Below, piece by piece: positions 1 to 13,050 of a stretch of 64,000 bases of DNA. The stretch is from Pavona decussata (lineage: Eukaryota). Position 1 is the stretch's first letter; every line of letters starts with the position of its first letter. The stretch spans positions 2,604,001 to 2,668,000 of the forward strand of contig CDRNST010000188.1 in NCBI GenBank assembly GCA_977016875.1. The letters run 5' to 3'. The notes under the pieces were generated by a model that saw only the letters and a program-made list of their open reading frames with translations, was not told the origin of the DNA and did not search any database. The position numbers were made by a program, and so were the translations under genes.

Positions 1-312
1 GATTAATTGGTTAGAAAAACTCGCGCCATGTTCTTAACCAATGAAAAACATTGGCGCCAGTAAATTGTATTGGCTTCGAATTCTTTATATTGGTTCATTG
101 TGTTGTTCACGTCTGTTGCAGTTGGTTAAGTGACCAGTTTGGTTTTGGTGTTACGACACTCAGTGAAAACGCTCCAAATCAAGTTGTTTTGTTGTTGTTC
201 CCAACGCCTTTTTCTTTCTCTATTGTGGTTTATTGATGGCTACCTTTCAAATTACGCGAAGTTAAAAATAAAAAATTTTCTTAATTTAAAAGTGGGTTGT
301 CCGTGTAGTTAC

Positions 313-906
313 CAGATCAAGTGTATACAATCCAGTGAAAGTTTTCCTCACTCTGTCCACTGAATCCTTGTCTGGTAGGAACCTAAAAATGAAATGTTAT
401 GCGGTTTTCACACTATACACTAAAATGACGGCTATGGGTTTCATCGTTCTCCTCTCAGTTAGCAATAAACTTAACATTATAAGTTCAAAAAAGGAGAGGC
501 ACACTGGCCTATCAGTTTTATTCCATATACGCTAAAAGTTGAGGTAATGCAGTGAAAAAAATGGTGTCCTTGTACATGAAAACGTTCGTGTAAATGTCAC
601 AGGAATTTAGTTTGTAAAAAATGGACACAGTCTTAAGTAACTTGGCAGAATTTTCTTATTCATTCATACCTTTCCAAAATTCCAGGACCAGCTAACACTT
701 GCTGCATCTTCTTTGTTCCCACCAACTGATGCGCCACTGTTGGGCATTTAATGCAACGGGATAATTCTAGTGTTAAACGAGCTGACCATTCCTACGGCAG
801 AAGAAAAAGTGGCAAGGCCGCCTCTGTTAAAATCAAAACGTAATATTCGGACTTGACATTGCAGTCAAATCCAACCCGAAACGGTAATCGATCGATCGAT
901 CGATCG

Positions 907-963
<57 letters not shown>

Positions 964-3900
964 CAAAATGGGGAGAAAGAGAGCTAGTGGGTTACTGAGT
1001 TTGATCATGTGATCATTTCTACCCTTCCTCTATTGAGCTTCCCTTAAGGTATAAATAAGTCAGCAAGCCCTTTATCTCTATCATCCTCCCCTCCTCCCCG
1101 CTTCCAGCTTGTTTTGTCCATATTAGCAACAGACCTGCCGCCTGATATTGCGTGCACAATCGTTATCTCACAACGCCGAGTAGCTTATAGGCGTACGTCA
1201 CGTGCAAAGAAAACGAGACGCTATTCATGAAAAATAAAATCCTGAACACTCTTGTTAGTTATTAAAGTAGTGCTCCTTGTTATGTCTATTCATGTTTCAG
1301 AATAGTTTTAAAATAGACTCCTTCCCCAAATCAAGGCACTCCCCCCCCCCTTCCACCTACAGTAAGTACTAAAATTAATAAGCTCACAAGGGAGGAAATA
1401 CGGTAATTATAGATCTACAAAGAACATTTGAAAGTATGTAGGTCCTAAGACAATTTGTATTAAAGTTGCTAATTGAGCTATATCCACCCCCTTCTCCGCA
1501 CAGATCGGAGGCACTAACTCTGACTGAGTTACAGGAATCAGCAATGTCTCAAGCGTCCATTTTTGGCGACAGTCGGTTGAACAAGTATCGGCACAAAATT
1601 CTATTCAAAACAGGAGAGGCTATGATTCGTATTAGCTCATCAGACGGCAGTACGAAAGTTTGCCGGCGTGGTTCATAGTGGGAGCGGATAGCAGCATTGT
1701 AAAATCCCAGCGGGAGATTCTCCTACCTTCTTAAAGTTTATGAAAACATTAATGATTTAGTTAAAAAGTTGTGTTCGCTGGCGAGAGGGGTGAGGCTTTT
1801 AGAGACTGGAGCATTTTTTATTTTTTATTTTTTGCTTCATTTCAAAGTAAAGGAATAAGTACTTAGCTATTGTCAAGCCAACTTTGATATCAATACCTAA
1901 GAGGCACTGATCTGGCAGTGAAGCATGCAAAGAGCTATCAAAATTTGTTTTCTTCGGAAGGAGGATAAACTTGTTGGCGACTTGACGAACAATAACGCTT
2001 ATTGTCTGGCAATAATAACTAAGGAAAACATTCAACTTTTTTCTCGAAAACCAAATCAATATTGTCATTTTTATTGCAGTGCTAAAAATGAGTTGTGTTT
2101 ACAACTTCTTCACCGCAACGCCAGTAAAAAAAGAAAGAAAAAAACATGAGCGGATTTTTAATATATACTTACTAGCTTACGTGAAGTTTTCGTTTAACGC
2201 AATACCACAACAGTCCATGGAATACACTCAACGGATAACATATCACCACGACATAGATGGTAAATCGACCGTGAGGGGACAATAGTATCATGCAATATCA
2301 TGGCTGACTCAAGTGTCTAGAAGTCGATATGGGTTCGACTTCCTCCAACGATTCGTAAGTTATTGATTTCAAGCATCGCTAAAGGTTAGCGAGAGTAAAA
2401 TGTGCGAAAATTAGTCAACGAGAAAGGACGTTTGTAAAACGTTTACTCCTTTGATGGTCACGATACACTGCAGAATAAGTTACGGAGAGCTTTTTGGATT
2501 AAAAGTTTGATATAACGACGACAACGTTCCTGATGATAATGATGATGATGATGAAGGAAAGTTACTGCTACTTGAAAACAGCAAATCAGATTCATACTCA
2601 TTGACATACCTTTTCAGTTGGGTAGTGTCTCGGATCATAGCCTGCTCTAAAGTAAGCCACGGCAACTTCCATTCCATCTCTGTTTCCGGAGAATAAATTT
2701 GCATGGCAAATTGGTCATTAGATACATACATCGCTTAATTAGTTAAACAATACCTTGGCGAAAGTGCTTTCAGACTACCGAATAAGTATTCAATGTAACT
2801 CGTTTCGCTATTAGCATATCTAGGAGTACGATTCCCAGCCCAGCGTACCCCATTCCCTTCGGGAAAAAATGCCACGAAGTGTGTCCACTCCTCTGGCCAG
2901 CTGTACTACAAGTATGGTCAAGTTACTCAAGGTAAAAATGTGTTAAATTTAAATTAAATTTAATGTACGCGCATAACCATCCAAAGCAACAGTAGTAGAT
3001 ATTTCCCATTTTCTGGGTATTGATATCCACTCAAGAAATATATAAAATACATGATTTTCTGTTAAGTTTAAGCTAAATGTTTGGGGCAAAAGCTCAAAGC
3101 CAGACCAAACATAACATAAGGGGAACACTGAAGGGCAAGTTTTATCAAAGACGGATTTTCAACTTACAGAAACAGACACTTATCTTGGTCTGTTTCACTG
3201 CTGTTAAAAATATCAGTAAGGCTTCGCCTGATCACTCTCACTGCAGAGTTTCTGTAAAAGCCAAAACAAAAACAAGAAAACAAAGCGGAAGTAAAAAAAA
3301 AATCAGGTTTACTCAGAAACTACTTACAATAAAAAGCGATTTCAGATGTTGGCCATTATAAAGGGACCCAAATTTGAGCCTATAATTAAACTCCTTAATT
3401 AACAAACCTATCAACGATTTCGAAGTAAAATTCGGTTATAAGCACCACCAGTCTCTAGTAACCTTAACTGTCAAAAACTATTTCATGGTCATGTTAAAAA
3501 AAATGACGGGTGTAAATATTGGATAATAGGTACCAAAAAGTTGAGTTATCGAATAACACATCATAAATCATAGAAATTGAAACCGGCCGGGCAAATTTAA
3601 ATAGAGGTGCAATTTGTATATAATCCTGGATATCCGTGTCCAAAAATATCGTTCAGCTTAGATAATGCACGTCACTGATCCTCCACGGAAAAACGAATGA
3701 AGCTTATTTAACGAAGCGAAGGTGGAATACATAGCCCAACAAATATTTCAAATAAAACATAACATGGATAAGAATCCGAACCGGGAGGACGCAGACCAGC
3801 TGGCTTTTTACAAGCGCAGCCGAGGAGTTGAAATCGGGGCTACCGAGAGAAACAGCTTCGTCTAGCGGGACTTGAACTAGGGACCCGGCTAAGGATTACA

Positions 3901-4027
3901 AGTTCAACGCCCTAAATTCTCGACTACCCTGCCACCTGTTCGTTCTGGCGTTCACCACGAAATAGAACTTATAACCCATCACTTCATTGGACTGAAATTG
4001 TATTTTGAATCAAATGATTGTTGTCTG

Positions 4028-4065
<38 letters not shown>

Positions 4066-7000
4066 GAAGCAGCAAAACAGGGATCATTTTATCCAGCTGG
4101 TTACCTTTCTTTAACGCGATGTTCCAGCATCCTTTGGTCAAAGATATTTACTTCATCAGGCTCAACAACAAACATAACGACAGCACTGGAATAAAAGTAA
4201 GTGTTGTTTGGTTGCCGACAAAGCAAGAAAATTAAACAAAAAAAACAACAACAAATAAACAAACAAACAAACACAAACAAAGCAACAAATACAACTGGGC
4301 CATGGTAACCTTTCTGATCCATATAGTTCCCAGGCCCTAATGAGCCCGTCAGCTGCCTCATCGAATGCATGGTTTGGGGGTATCTAAAAACGCAAAAATA
4401 GTCAAGTTAGCCAGTTTGCAGTTGAGCGGAAAAGGCGATATTTTTACGAAGCTCCCGGATCAATAACGACAACAAGATATGTTAAAGCAAACATACCTTG
4501 CTTTCTTGTCGACCGATCAACTGTAAGAGATATCTAGATTGCAAAGAAGGAATTTAGTTACATTGAATTAGTTTACAAGGGATTGTTTACGCGATATGCA
4601 ATTAAAAGTCTTTTGCTACGTTCTCGTTAGAACGTATTGAATTTACGGTTGATCATTAACCGCATAATATGACAATTTCAATTCTGGTTCAGGTCCATAC
4701 GATTTTCCACCGGTAAAAAGGTGCACGTGGCTGTCTTTGTGGCACGATATCTCTACTTACAACAACTTAAAGTTTTAGCCTGTACAGTGTGTGAAAAGAG
4801 AGCAGTATTTTTATGGTAGTCATTAAACTAAGACTCTCAGAATACTGAGTTAAAAAATCACAAACTCTTTCAAGCTCTGATAATTTACGATTTTCGTCAG
4901 CGAATTGTGAAGTTATTCCAACGTCATTTCAGCCTCCGCGGTGTCATTCCGTCTTCATTCTGACAGCATTCTGATACCCTTCCGAATTATTCGCATCTTC
5001 CCTATTACCAGAAATTACCGTAGGATTTGTCGGTCGCCCAAATCGTGCAAAATTGGCTTGTTGTATCAATTAAACATATCAACATAGTTTATCGCCGAGA
5101 CATGTACAGGCACCAAAAGCAAACCTCTATAGACTAACTGTGGGGTTCATCAGTACCCTTTATTTTTTTGTGGTATGCAAGCGAGAAAGCACTATCTGTA
5201 GCTTAAATTTCGTGGGTTGGAGTACTGGTGAGGGCAGCGGGGAGGGATGAAGTGGGTTGGAAGGAAAGCTCTCTGAACTACAGATCTCATTCTGGTATTG
5301 CTGATATATGGTATTTCTACGGATGATATATTGACATACACTGTCTTGCAGCGCTTTGTGGCGCTAGATTGGTAACATGTATAGGGAAAATCATATATTG
5401 TAGGTGTGTTGCTACTATCAGTTCCAAACTGCACACCACAGCCAGGAATTGCTTAAACTCGGGAAAAAGGAGAACGAATTCCTGTTGTTTTTTTGTTTAT
5501 TGAGCAAATCACGGATAATCTAGCCTAATCTTTCTATAATCCGGAGGCGACGAATTACCGCTTAACATAGAAATGCCACAGTAGAAACGTATAAATACGC
5601 ATGGCTATGACATCATAAGTTTTTTAATAAAACAAATTTCAAGAAATTGATGTCAAATTGTTTAACTTGATGATCGATAACTATCGGCTCTATTTTCAAT
5701 GATCAAAAGGCACGCCGTTTGTTGTCATGTGACCTACCAAACAGGTTGTAACTACAAAATCTTGAAAACCCTTTTTTATTGGCACTGACGTGGCCGAACA
5801 GCTTCTTAGCAGGTTTCTAAGAAATGATTGTAATAAAGTGTTTCTAACAACGATTTGGTAGTAAAGAAGCTCCCTCCTTTATTTGTTGCTACTTATTAGC
5901 AATATGCAAAAAAACCATGCGACAGTTTACTAAAATCATTAAAGTAACTCCAACCCCCATTTCGAATTCCACCCAATTTCGACCTCATTGAAATTAAATT
6001 CAATGTTACCTGTGCATTAACGGAACAAGGCAGGAGAATGTAATACCACCAAGAGATATGGTGTTCATTTCAACCTGCTTGATGTAGATAGGACTAGCAT
6101 CATCTTTTAAAGCAGGTTGATTACCACAACTGCAGCATTCATCGTTTAACCCACCAGTTGTGTCAATTAAATAATCTGAACGAAAGATGCCCAATGAGAT
6201 AGGCTGAAAGAAAGATTGAGAAATGTAAGATACGAAAATGCTCGGTAGGTATAGACCCTCAAAAGTGGAGCGCAATATAAATAGAGCGTTTTCTTTAGAA
6301 TGCCTATCCTCACATTCATAATGCCTTGCGATAAAGACGTCACAAACTACAACTATTATTAAATGGTAAATATACTCAGCGAATGAATTAATCTATACAA
6401 TTAATCTGTCAGTAAGTAGTGTAGACTCCTGCCTCCATGAAGGAACTTCCATTAAGTGGGATTGTCTTTCTACAACTGTTCCTGTGCTCGGAAAGATCTT
6501 CTCACGCTCTAGAACGACTTCCCAGTAATCCATAATACCGTTTAAGAAAATGCTCTAGAACACTTACAGCTAGAGTATAAGCCATAATTTACTGAAACTG
6601 CGCTCTCTAAGAAAGAAATTCCCGGCTCACTCCTGTTCAAGCTAGAATCCATGTTGTAAATGGTTTGAACCCAGGGGTCATGTCATAAGTACGTAAATTA
6701 TGATCATCCGTGTGAGTGTAGTCCTGAGAAGGACTGTTTGTGGTGCCTTTGACTGATGTTTCGACAACCTGAGCGGAAGTCATCTTCAGCGTCAAGTGAA
6801 TTGTGGAACGTCAGTAGGTGGTATATACGTCTCTGGTTGTTAACCTGATTGGTCAACGAAGTCCAGATGTTATTGGTCGTTTGTCAGTAAGCTGTGATGT
6901 TATTGGCTGTGAAGACTGTAAAAAGTGATTGGTGCGTTTCGATCCGTCTTTTGCTAGTCAAAAAAGTCCATGGGTCTATTGTTAGTAAAATGTCTATTGT

Positions 7001-8418
7001 TTTTCTGTTTCGTTGTTGTTGTCAATAAGTCGTTTGTATGGTGCAGGTAGTTGTAGGAAACGGTTGAGTGGCGTTTGTTCTAAGTTAGTAAACCAGCTTT
7101 CCAGAGTGAGTCTTTGATAGTAATTTGTACTGTAGGTAATGCACTTGGCAGAGTCCCAGTCGATTCTGTGGCTCGTTTGTAAATAGTGCTCAGGAATGTG
7201 ATTGTTGATATCACCATTTCTAGTTGCTTGTTTGTGTTCAGTCAGTCGTACGTTTAAATTTCGGCCGGTCTCACCAATAAAAGTGGCCTGGCAGTCGCAG
7301 CATTTGATCTTGTAAACTGCCCCCTGTCTGCGGTTCGGTTTGTCTTTATCCTTTACCTTCGTCAGTAGTTGTCGTAAAGTGGTTATAGGTTTGTGAGCTA
7401 TTCGGACATTGTAGGGTTGTAGAATCCGTGCGATAGTCTCAGAAGTGCCCCCTTACGTAAGGTATAATTACAGTAGTTACGGGAGTCGCGTCGTTGTTTG
7501 TGACGTTAGGTTCAGTGTTCTTGTAAGTGTTACGTCTAACAAAGTCCTTGTTATAGTTGTTCTTGTTGAAAACGTTGTCTAAGTAGTTGTTTTCGTCTGC
7601 GAGTCTGTCTGTCAAGAACTGAAGTGGGACGAAAAAGGAGTAAGCACGATGATGTGACGCACAAAGTAACGAAAACCTACCTGAGCGTTGCCTTGTTTCC
7701 AAACCTTGTCATAAATGTCAAATAGTTTTGATGTGAAAGGGTCAGCGGCGATTGTACTACGGTCAGATAAAATAGAAACAACTACATTATGGTTAATTTA
7801 AACTAAAAGAAATCTGCTATAGCAAGGTCTTTGCAACTGCCAAGATCTTTCGCTTATGAAGAGGATTCTCGAGCACTGTGATTTGTTACCATAAAAAGCC
7901 AAATATTCGGGGAGGATTTATTTACAAGGGTGAAGACAGGCTTATTATAGAGAGGAATTCTGCCTTTCAAAATTGATTGGGTGAAAGAAGAATTGAATAG
8001 TTAGTTTGTCATGATTTTAGCGAAATATCATGATAGATAGTGAAGTGGTAGTTTTCTGTTCTTTGGTATGTGGTGTGGACAATTCAATCTCTTTCCCCTC
8101 CCCCCCCCCCCCCAACCAAATTCACTCCACCTACATAGACTAATGTAGTTAATACCTCAACAATGCATTCTTGGTAAAGTGATAGTCCTGGCTGACTTTG
8201 TGAACTAAAAGGTTAAAATCCATCTGCACTTCTTTCGCAGCTGCAAAAAGCTTCTGTGGAAACGGTGAAGGATGCAGCGTGAAGGGAATATGTTGAACAT
8301 TTCCCTGAGAATCCTTATAAAGCATGCCGTGACAAAGGCAGTAATCCCTTCCTTCTGACTCAAGATATTTGACTTCATCTTGGCGAATCCCAACATCACT
8401 GATGAGTGAAAGAGCCAT
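313..8418 (-). CDS. GSS: Glutathione synthetase-like protein, copy A (exons 1-10; 3' exons lie outside the window)
   Basis: GT-AG exons in transcription order: 8156-8418, 7681-7756, 6010-6203, 4497-4533, 4310-4383, 4105-4185, 3168-3251, 2610-2679, 670-791, 313-382, all phase-compatible. Motifs [68 protein letters not shown] and TFTGLYTLD match eukaryotic GSS. Confidence 0.93.
887..962. repeat. (ATCG)n(ATCA)n microsatellite
   Basis: Read directly from the sequence. Confidence 0.95.
3755..3935 (-). mobile_element. tRNA-derived SINE-like repeat
   Basis: The - strand head reads ggcagggtagtcgag..ggcgttgaacttgtaatcc...ctagttcaagtcccgc (A/B-box-like), followed by a non-tRNA body. Confidence 0.55.
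6655..7615 (-). mobile_element. Penelope-like retroelement, 5'-truncated (GIY-YIG endonuclease and 3' region), in GSS-A intron 2
   Basis: The - strand translates to [30 protein letters not shown]...HRIDWDSA...RLTLESWF, with IPYVRG upstream and a frameshift near 7440. Confidence 0.9.
6749..6796 (-). ncRNA. Minimal type-I hammerhead ribozyme motif (probably degenerate) of the Penelope element
   Basis: UUGACG-CUGAAGA-U-GAC...GUC-GAAAC-AUC-AGUCAA gives both core boxes, stem II GAC/GUC and stem I UUGAC/GUCAA. Confidence 0.65.
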
Positions 8419-8597
8419 TGTCGTGAGATAGGAGGTGTTACATGCACCTGATTTATAGATATCCCTTAAAAATAGAATACACAAAAATTAGAAAATACAC
8501 AAAAAATGTCAGTTGGTTCTGCATTGTATAAAGCCGTGTGAATATTTGGTGGGCAATAAGCAATTAGCCAAACAGTTCAGCGCACATTTAAAAACGA

Positions 8598-8770
8598 GTC
8601 TCCTGTAGCTCAGTAATAAAGCATCCGAACAAGTAATCGGAAGGATGTAGGTTCGACTCAAGTTGGGAGGGCTCGGATTTCCTTTTCCTCTCTATGTCTG
8701 TGTCACTGCCTGAATAATACATCATTCTCATTTTATTACCAGGCTTAAAACATACCACCACGTCTATTTC
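8598..8770 (+). mobile_element. tRNA-derived SINE fragment
   Basis: tgtagctcagtaataaagcatc...gtaggttcgactc contains A and B boxes. A related copy lies at 63620-63716 (-) and body pieces at 16182-16330. Confidence 0.65.
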
Positions 8771-9709
8771 ATTGCGCAAATGCGCATGAAGCTGAAATGT
8801 GGGTAGAGGCAAGCCTATTAAATAAACAGAGGTGAGAGGTGATTTCATGTAGACTGGGACGCCAAACATGCTTCGTAGCAAACATATCGGTTCACGAGTG
8901 AAGATGTCTCTCTGGCCCTTCTGCGGATGGATTTCAGGACCTACCAAGGCAATTTGGGCAAGTTTTGACGGGTAAATGAAATTTCAATCGATGCGATACT
9001 TTGCTTGAAGGACTGAGTGGCCCAACACTAAATCTATAAAATGGGAATCAGAGGAGTTTCATGCTCGCGGTATTGCGCATACCCCGGCCATGAACGAGGC
9101 AACTTGAGATACACGACCCTGGCCCTCATCAAATGGTCGAAGCACGAGCGGCAAAAAAAGTGAGAAGCAAATTTCCAGCCAAATACCAAGATCTGGCCTT
9201 GATGTGTGCTATTAACGTATACTTTGATTTCTGAACAAGCGTTTATCTTAAAAAGCTGACGACAAAGAAGTGTACTTTTTAGTGTTGCTGTTGGAGCTAA
9301 AAAACGGACTCTTGGGATTGTTACCAAACGAACGGCTTAATGCCGTGGAAATCGGAAATCATGGTCGGACTTTTAGGCTGCGATAAGTGTTATACTAACC
9401 AGTTGGCACTATAAACACACTATCATAACGTTTTAGAAAAATTTCAGTAAGAAGGAAATGTTAAATGATGTTTTGGTATTTTTGTCACAAATATGTGTCG
9501 TTGGACTTTAAAGGGTTAATGACTTCATTTATTAAATATGTCAAGGATCTTTCCAAATGCAGTCTTTGTTTGATAAAATTATTTTCTTGTCTGGCATTTT
9601 CAAGCTTTTTGTTCCAGTCAGTTGTTTAGTCTGCTTTTCTTCCGAAATAAATGCTACAACAGCTGCATTCCGAATGAGTTGAGTTGGGCAGACTTCAACT
9701 CGTGAATCC

Positions 9710-9950
9710 AACATGGCTGGCCTCCATGTGTTTACCTTATTTGCATGCATTTGGCAATTTGACGCAAGTTTGCCAAATTCGTGACATTTGCCCAAATCGC
9801 CAAATCGGCCAACATGGCAGGCTTCCATGTGTTTAGCTAATTTGCATTTATTTGGGAATTTGACGAAATCTTGCCAAATTCGTCACCGTTATGACTGTGG
9901 CAAGATTTCGTCAAAATTGCCAAATTCGCCATTACCTGCATTTCTGGACA
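9710..9950. repeat. Tandem repeat of about 101 bp (2+ copies) rich in gccaaattcg subunits
   Basis: aacatggctggcctccatgtgttta at 9710 recurs as aacatggcaggcttccatgtgttta at 9811. Confidence 0.75.
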
Positions 9951-12091
9951 TAAGTGGAGTCGTTATGAAAAAGGGCCATATGATGATCAGAAACATTACA
10001 CGCAACGATTCACAAATCAAATAAACTTTAATCGGTTGTCTTGCGGTACGTTAAGTTGTGTTCTAGGAAGGAGGACGCTTTCTAATTGCATGGGTGGGGC
10101 TCCAGATCACAATCATAATGTCTTTTTTCTTTTATTTTCAGTCACAAAATACCATAAAGTTTTCCACGGCATGTCAAGTTTGCATTTTTTTACATCAAAA
10201 GTAGGGAAAGGAAAAAGAAAACGAGACCGGCGGGTTTCCTCAAACCAAATTCATAAAATTAAACTAAAACAGTGCCGTCTCTCGTTTATTTCTGTCGACA
10301 AATTAGTAAGACAAAATTAGATGTTTCAAAGGCTTTTAGAGACATTTAAAAATGTCAATGTAACGTAACATATCCATATAAACTATAAATGGAATAGAAA
10401 ATAAAAACGTTGCTAGGGAAATTGATTTTGTTTCAGCAACGGTGCTTCAACTCTTAACTGTGAAACGGTACGTTGCAAGATTTTTACATGAAGAACAAAA
10501 AGATTCCCTTTTGTATTTCTAAAATGAATTTTGTATTTCCTATTGTATATATTTTCCATCCGTGGTGTTGATTTTTTCTTAATACCGTCTTCCGTTGGCA
10601 AATAGCAAGTGACTTGATCGCCCCACTGCATAAGTGCTCGAGGCAGACAAATTCCCGCTTTCTTTATTCTTTGCGATACCTTAACTGACATTATTCGCTG
10701 TGATTGGTTCCGAGGTCTTCGACCGAAAATGGTGCACTTGGCGTTTGACAAAACCCAGTTGCAATCGGTGCTGGCCGATCGATTTTCCAGCAAGCACAAA
10801 AAAATGGAAGTGATTGAAATGCTGCACAAATCTGGGTCCTTCATACCTCTAGCTGTCACCCAGTATCTTCACGAAATGCAATTGATGAACGGTACCTGTT
10901 AGTCACAATTGTCTGTTCAAAAAGTTACCTGCCCTATCAAACCGGGTAAAACTACCCAAGAATATTGCATAACATTTTCAGTTAAGGTCCAGTAGATTTT
11001 ACGATCACCAGGGTGGGGTTCCAGATGTTTAGAGTCATATTGGCGTTATTTATATTGCTATTACAAACTCAGTACCACAACGCTAAGTTTGTAGTCTTAC
11101 ACATCAAAACAGTAGAATGGAAAAGTACGATAAGATCACTGAGCTATCTATCCTCAATTTCATAAACTTAATTAAGACAATAGTTTCCATTCCTCGTTGA
11201 TTTTTGTCGGCAAATAAATAATACAACATTACAAGTCGTAAAGGCTTAGATTTCACGTAATGATATACATACAAGCTACAAATGCAATAGAAAATAGGAA
11301 TGGTGCTATAGTTATGAAATCAACCCTTAACTTAACTGTTAAATTACACGATTAAACTGGTTGTTATGTTGCAAGGCCCTTATTTCCTAGTGCTCATTAC
11401 TTTTTTCCTTTTTTTCCGGTAAAAGGTTTAAAGGTTAGAAACCGACAAATAAAAGTTATTTTACATAAATTCCGCCTTAGCAAATTCATCCTTGCGGCAT
11501 CGTAACACTAGACTCCATATAGTCAAGCGCATTCATACGTTGAACACAAGAATATTACGATACAATAACAAACAGACAAGCGAAAGCACTATAAAAATTG
11601 TAACGTCTTTTTCCCCACGGCCAATCTAAAAAATATCCTGAAGAAGCATTTCAAAATATTGGGAAAATATATTTATCTGGCCATAAAATTAGCCTTGCTC
11701 TGTTTAGATTACAATTTATATTATTCACAATTTGTTAATTTGTTGTGATTACATCCTTTAGTACAGGATATGTTACTTTTATTTTGTCGCGGTTGTCCTT
11801 CCAAACAAAGTGCCTTTTTTTACTGAATTAACACGAAGACAACTTTTTACAGCGAAAAAAATATTAACGAGTAAAGCATTCACTAAATTTAACACGATGA
11901 ATTTAACACGGATGATATTCGCATTCATTAAACTATGTCTTACCAGTTTAGATATGAGCCGTTATACGTTCTCTAGAAGATGACTGTTGTTATAAGCTTA
12001 TTACCTTGTGCAATTCTTGTTTCAAGAATATTCAGTTTCCCACAGTCGACTGACAGAGCTTTCTAGCGGGAATGACTCTCCAGGGCTTGCA

Positions 12092-12841
12092 ATGGGCTGT
12101 TCAACGAATAAACCCTCTTGTCGCGCTACAACTTCGAATTATAACGAAATGGAAGTTTGCCTTGATTGGTGTCGTGGATGCTTGTTGCAAATTATACCGA
12201 CGTAACGTCGCTAAATATTCACATGCAGCTTTCTATATAGGGATAACACTTTTAACCGAGTTAACGCTTTTCTTGGTCGATTCGCTAAGGTTTCAACGCT
12301 TAGACTAAAAACAAGTTTGGTGGTTAATTAATTATTACACAATGTCAGAAAGTCGCAATACAACTGGTTTCCTGAAGAGGATTCTCTTCAGATGGTCATA
12401 AGGCGTAGCAAAAAAACAATTGTCCCTCGTTTCTTTCAGGGACGTTCGAGAGGACCCGCGAGGAGACGCGTGGATAGATTTTCGAAAGTGTCCGCGACGT
12501 TTGTTCGATCGCTCTGCTATCCTTGTAAGAAATAAGAGTCATAGCCATAGCCTAAGGAAGGCGGTGTTTCACTGTTACATCATTTTCATAGGATTGGGAA
12601 GAAAAAATTAGTGTCGTGGAAATTCTTCGTCAAGCTCTGTTATTAACGGACTCCAACAGATGCGGACTCCCAAACAGTGGATTCTGGGACAAGCATGTAA
12701 TAAGGTAATCTGGCCACCAGAATGATATTCGAGTGCTTACTCTTCGAGCGTTAACTCTTCGTCCCCAGTGATTCGCTCCAGGGCGATTCGCCCCCGAATC
12801 CAGAGCAATTCGCCCTGAGGACGGGCGAACACTATACTGGT
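12092..12841 (+). CDS. Candidate uncharacterised multi-exon gene or pseudogene (N-terminal MGCSTNK); 3' part unresolved
   Basis: Four GT-AG-bounded, phase-compatible segments (12092-12201, 12440-12524, 12592-12704, 12769-12841) splice into 127 stop-free codons. No family recognised. Confidence 0.45.
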
Positions 12842-12877
12842 GTAAGCATCCAGTTGCCAAAATAATTACCTTATCAG

Positions 12878-13050
12878 TAGGCCATTTCCGAGATGCTTTG
12901 CACTTCATTATGAAAGCGAGGCAAAGTGCAAAGTTTTTATTGTGGAAATTAGTTTTCATTCACTTTCAAACAAAACTAATTTTCATATGAAAACTTTGCA
13001 CTTAGCCTCGCTTTCATAGTGAGGTTCACAGTAACTCGGAAATGGCCTAT
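12878..13050. mobile_element. Palindromic MITE (about 172 bp, TA-flanked)
   Basis: taggccatttccgag...ctcggaaatggccta folds back over its full length. A second copy lies at 56478-56651. Confidence 0.85.

Noticed and set aside
1625-1650. Second hammerhead (CTGATGAG on the - strand)
   Set aside because: No GAAA box or supporting stems.
1897-2005. Extra exon in GSS-A intron 8
   Set aside because: It has splice-like ends but no counterpart in copy B or in GSS, and exons 8 and 9 already join in frame.
8600-8680. tRNA gene
   Set aside because: A and B boxes are present but there is no intact cloverleaf, and it continues into a repeat body. It is a SINE head, as are 3850-3935 and 63650-63716.
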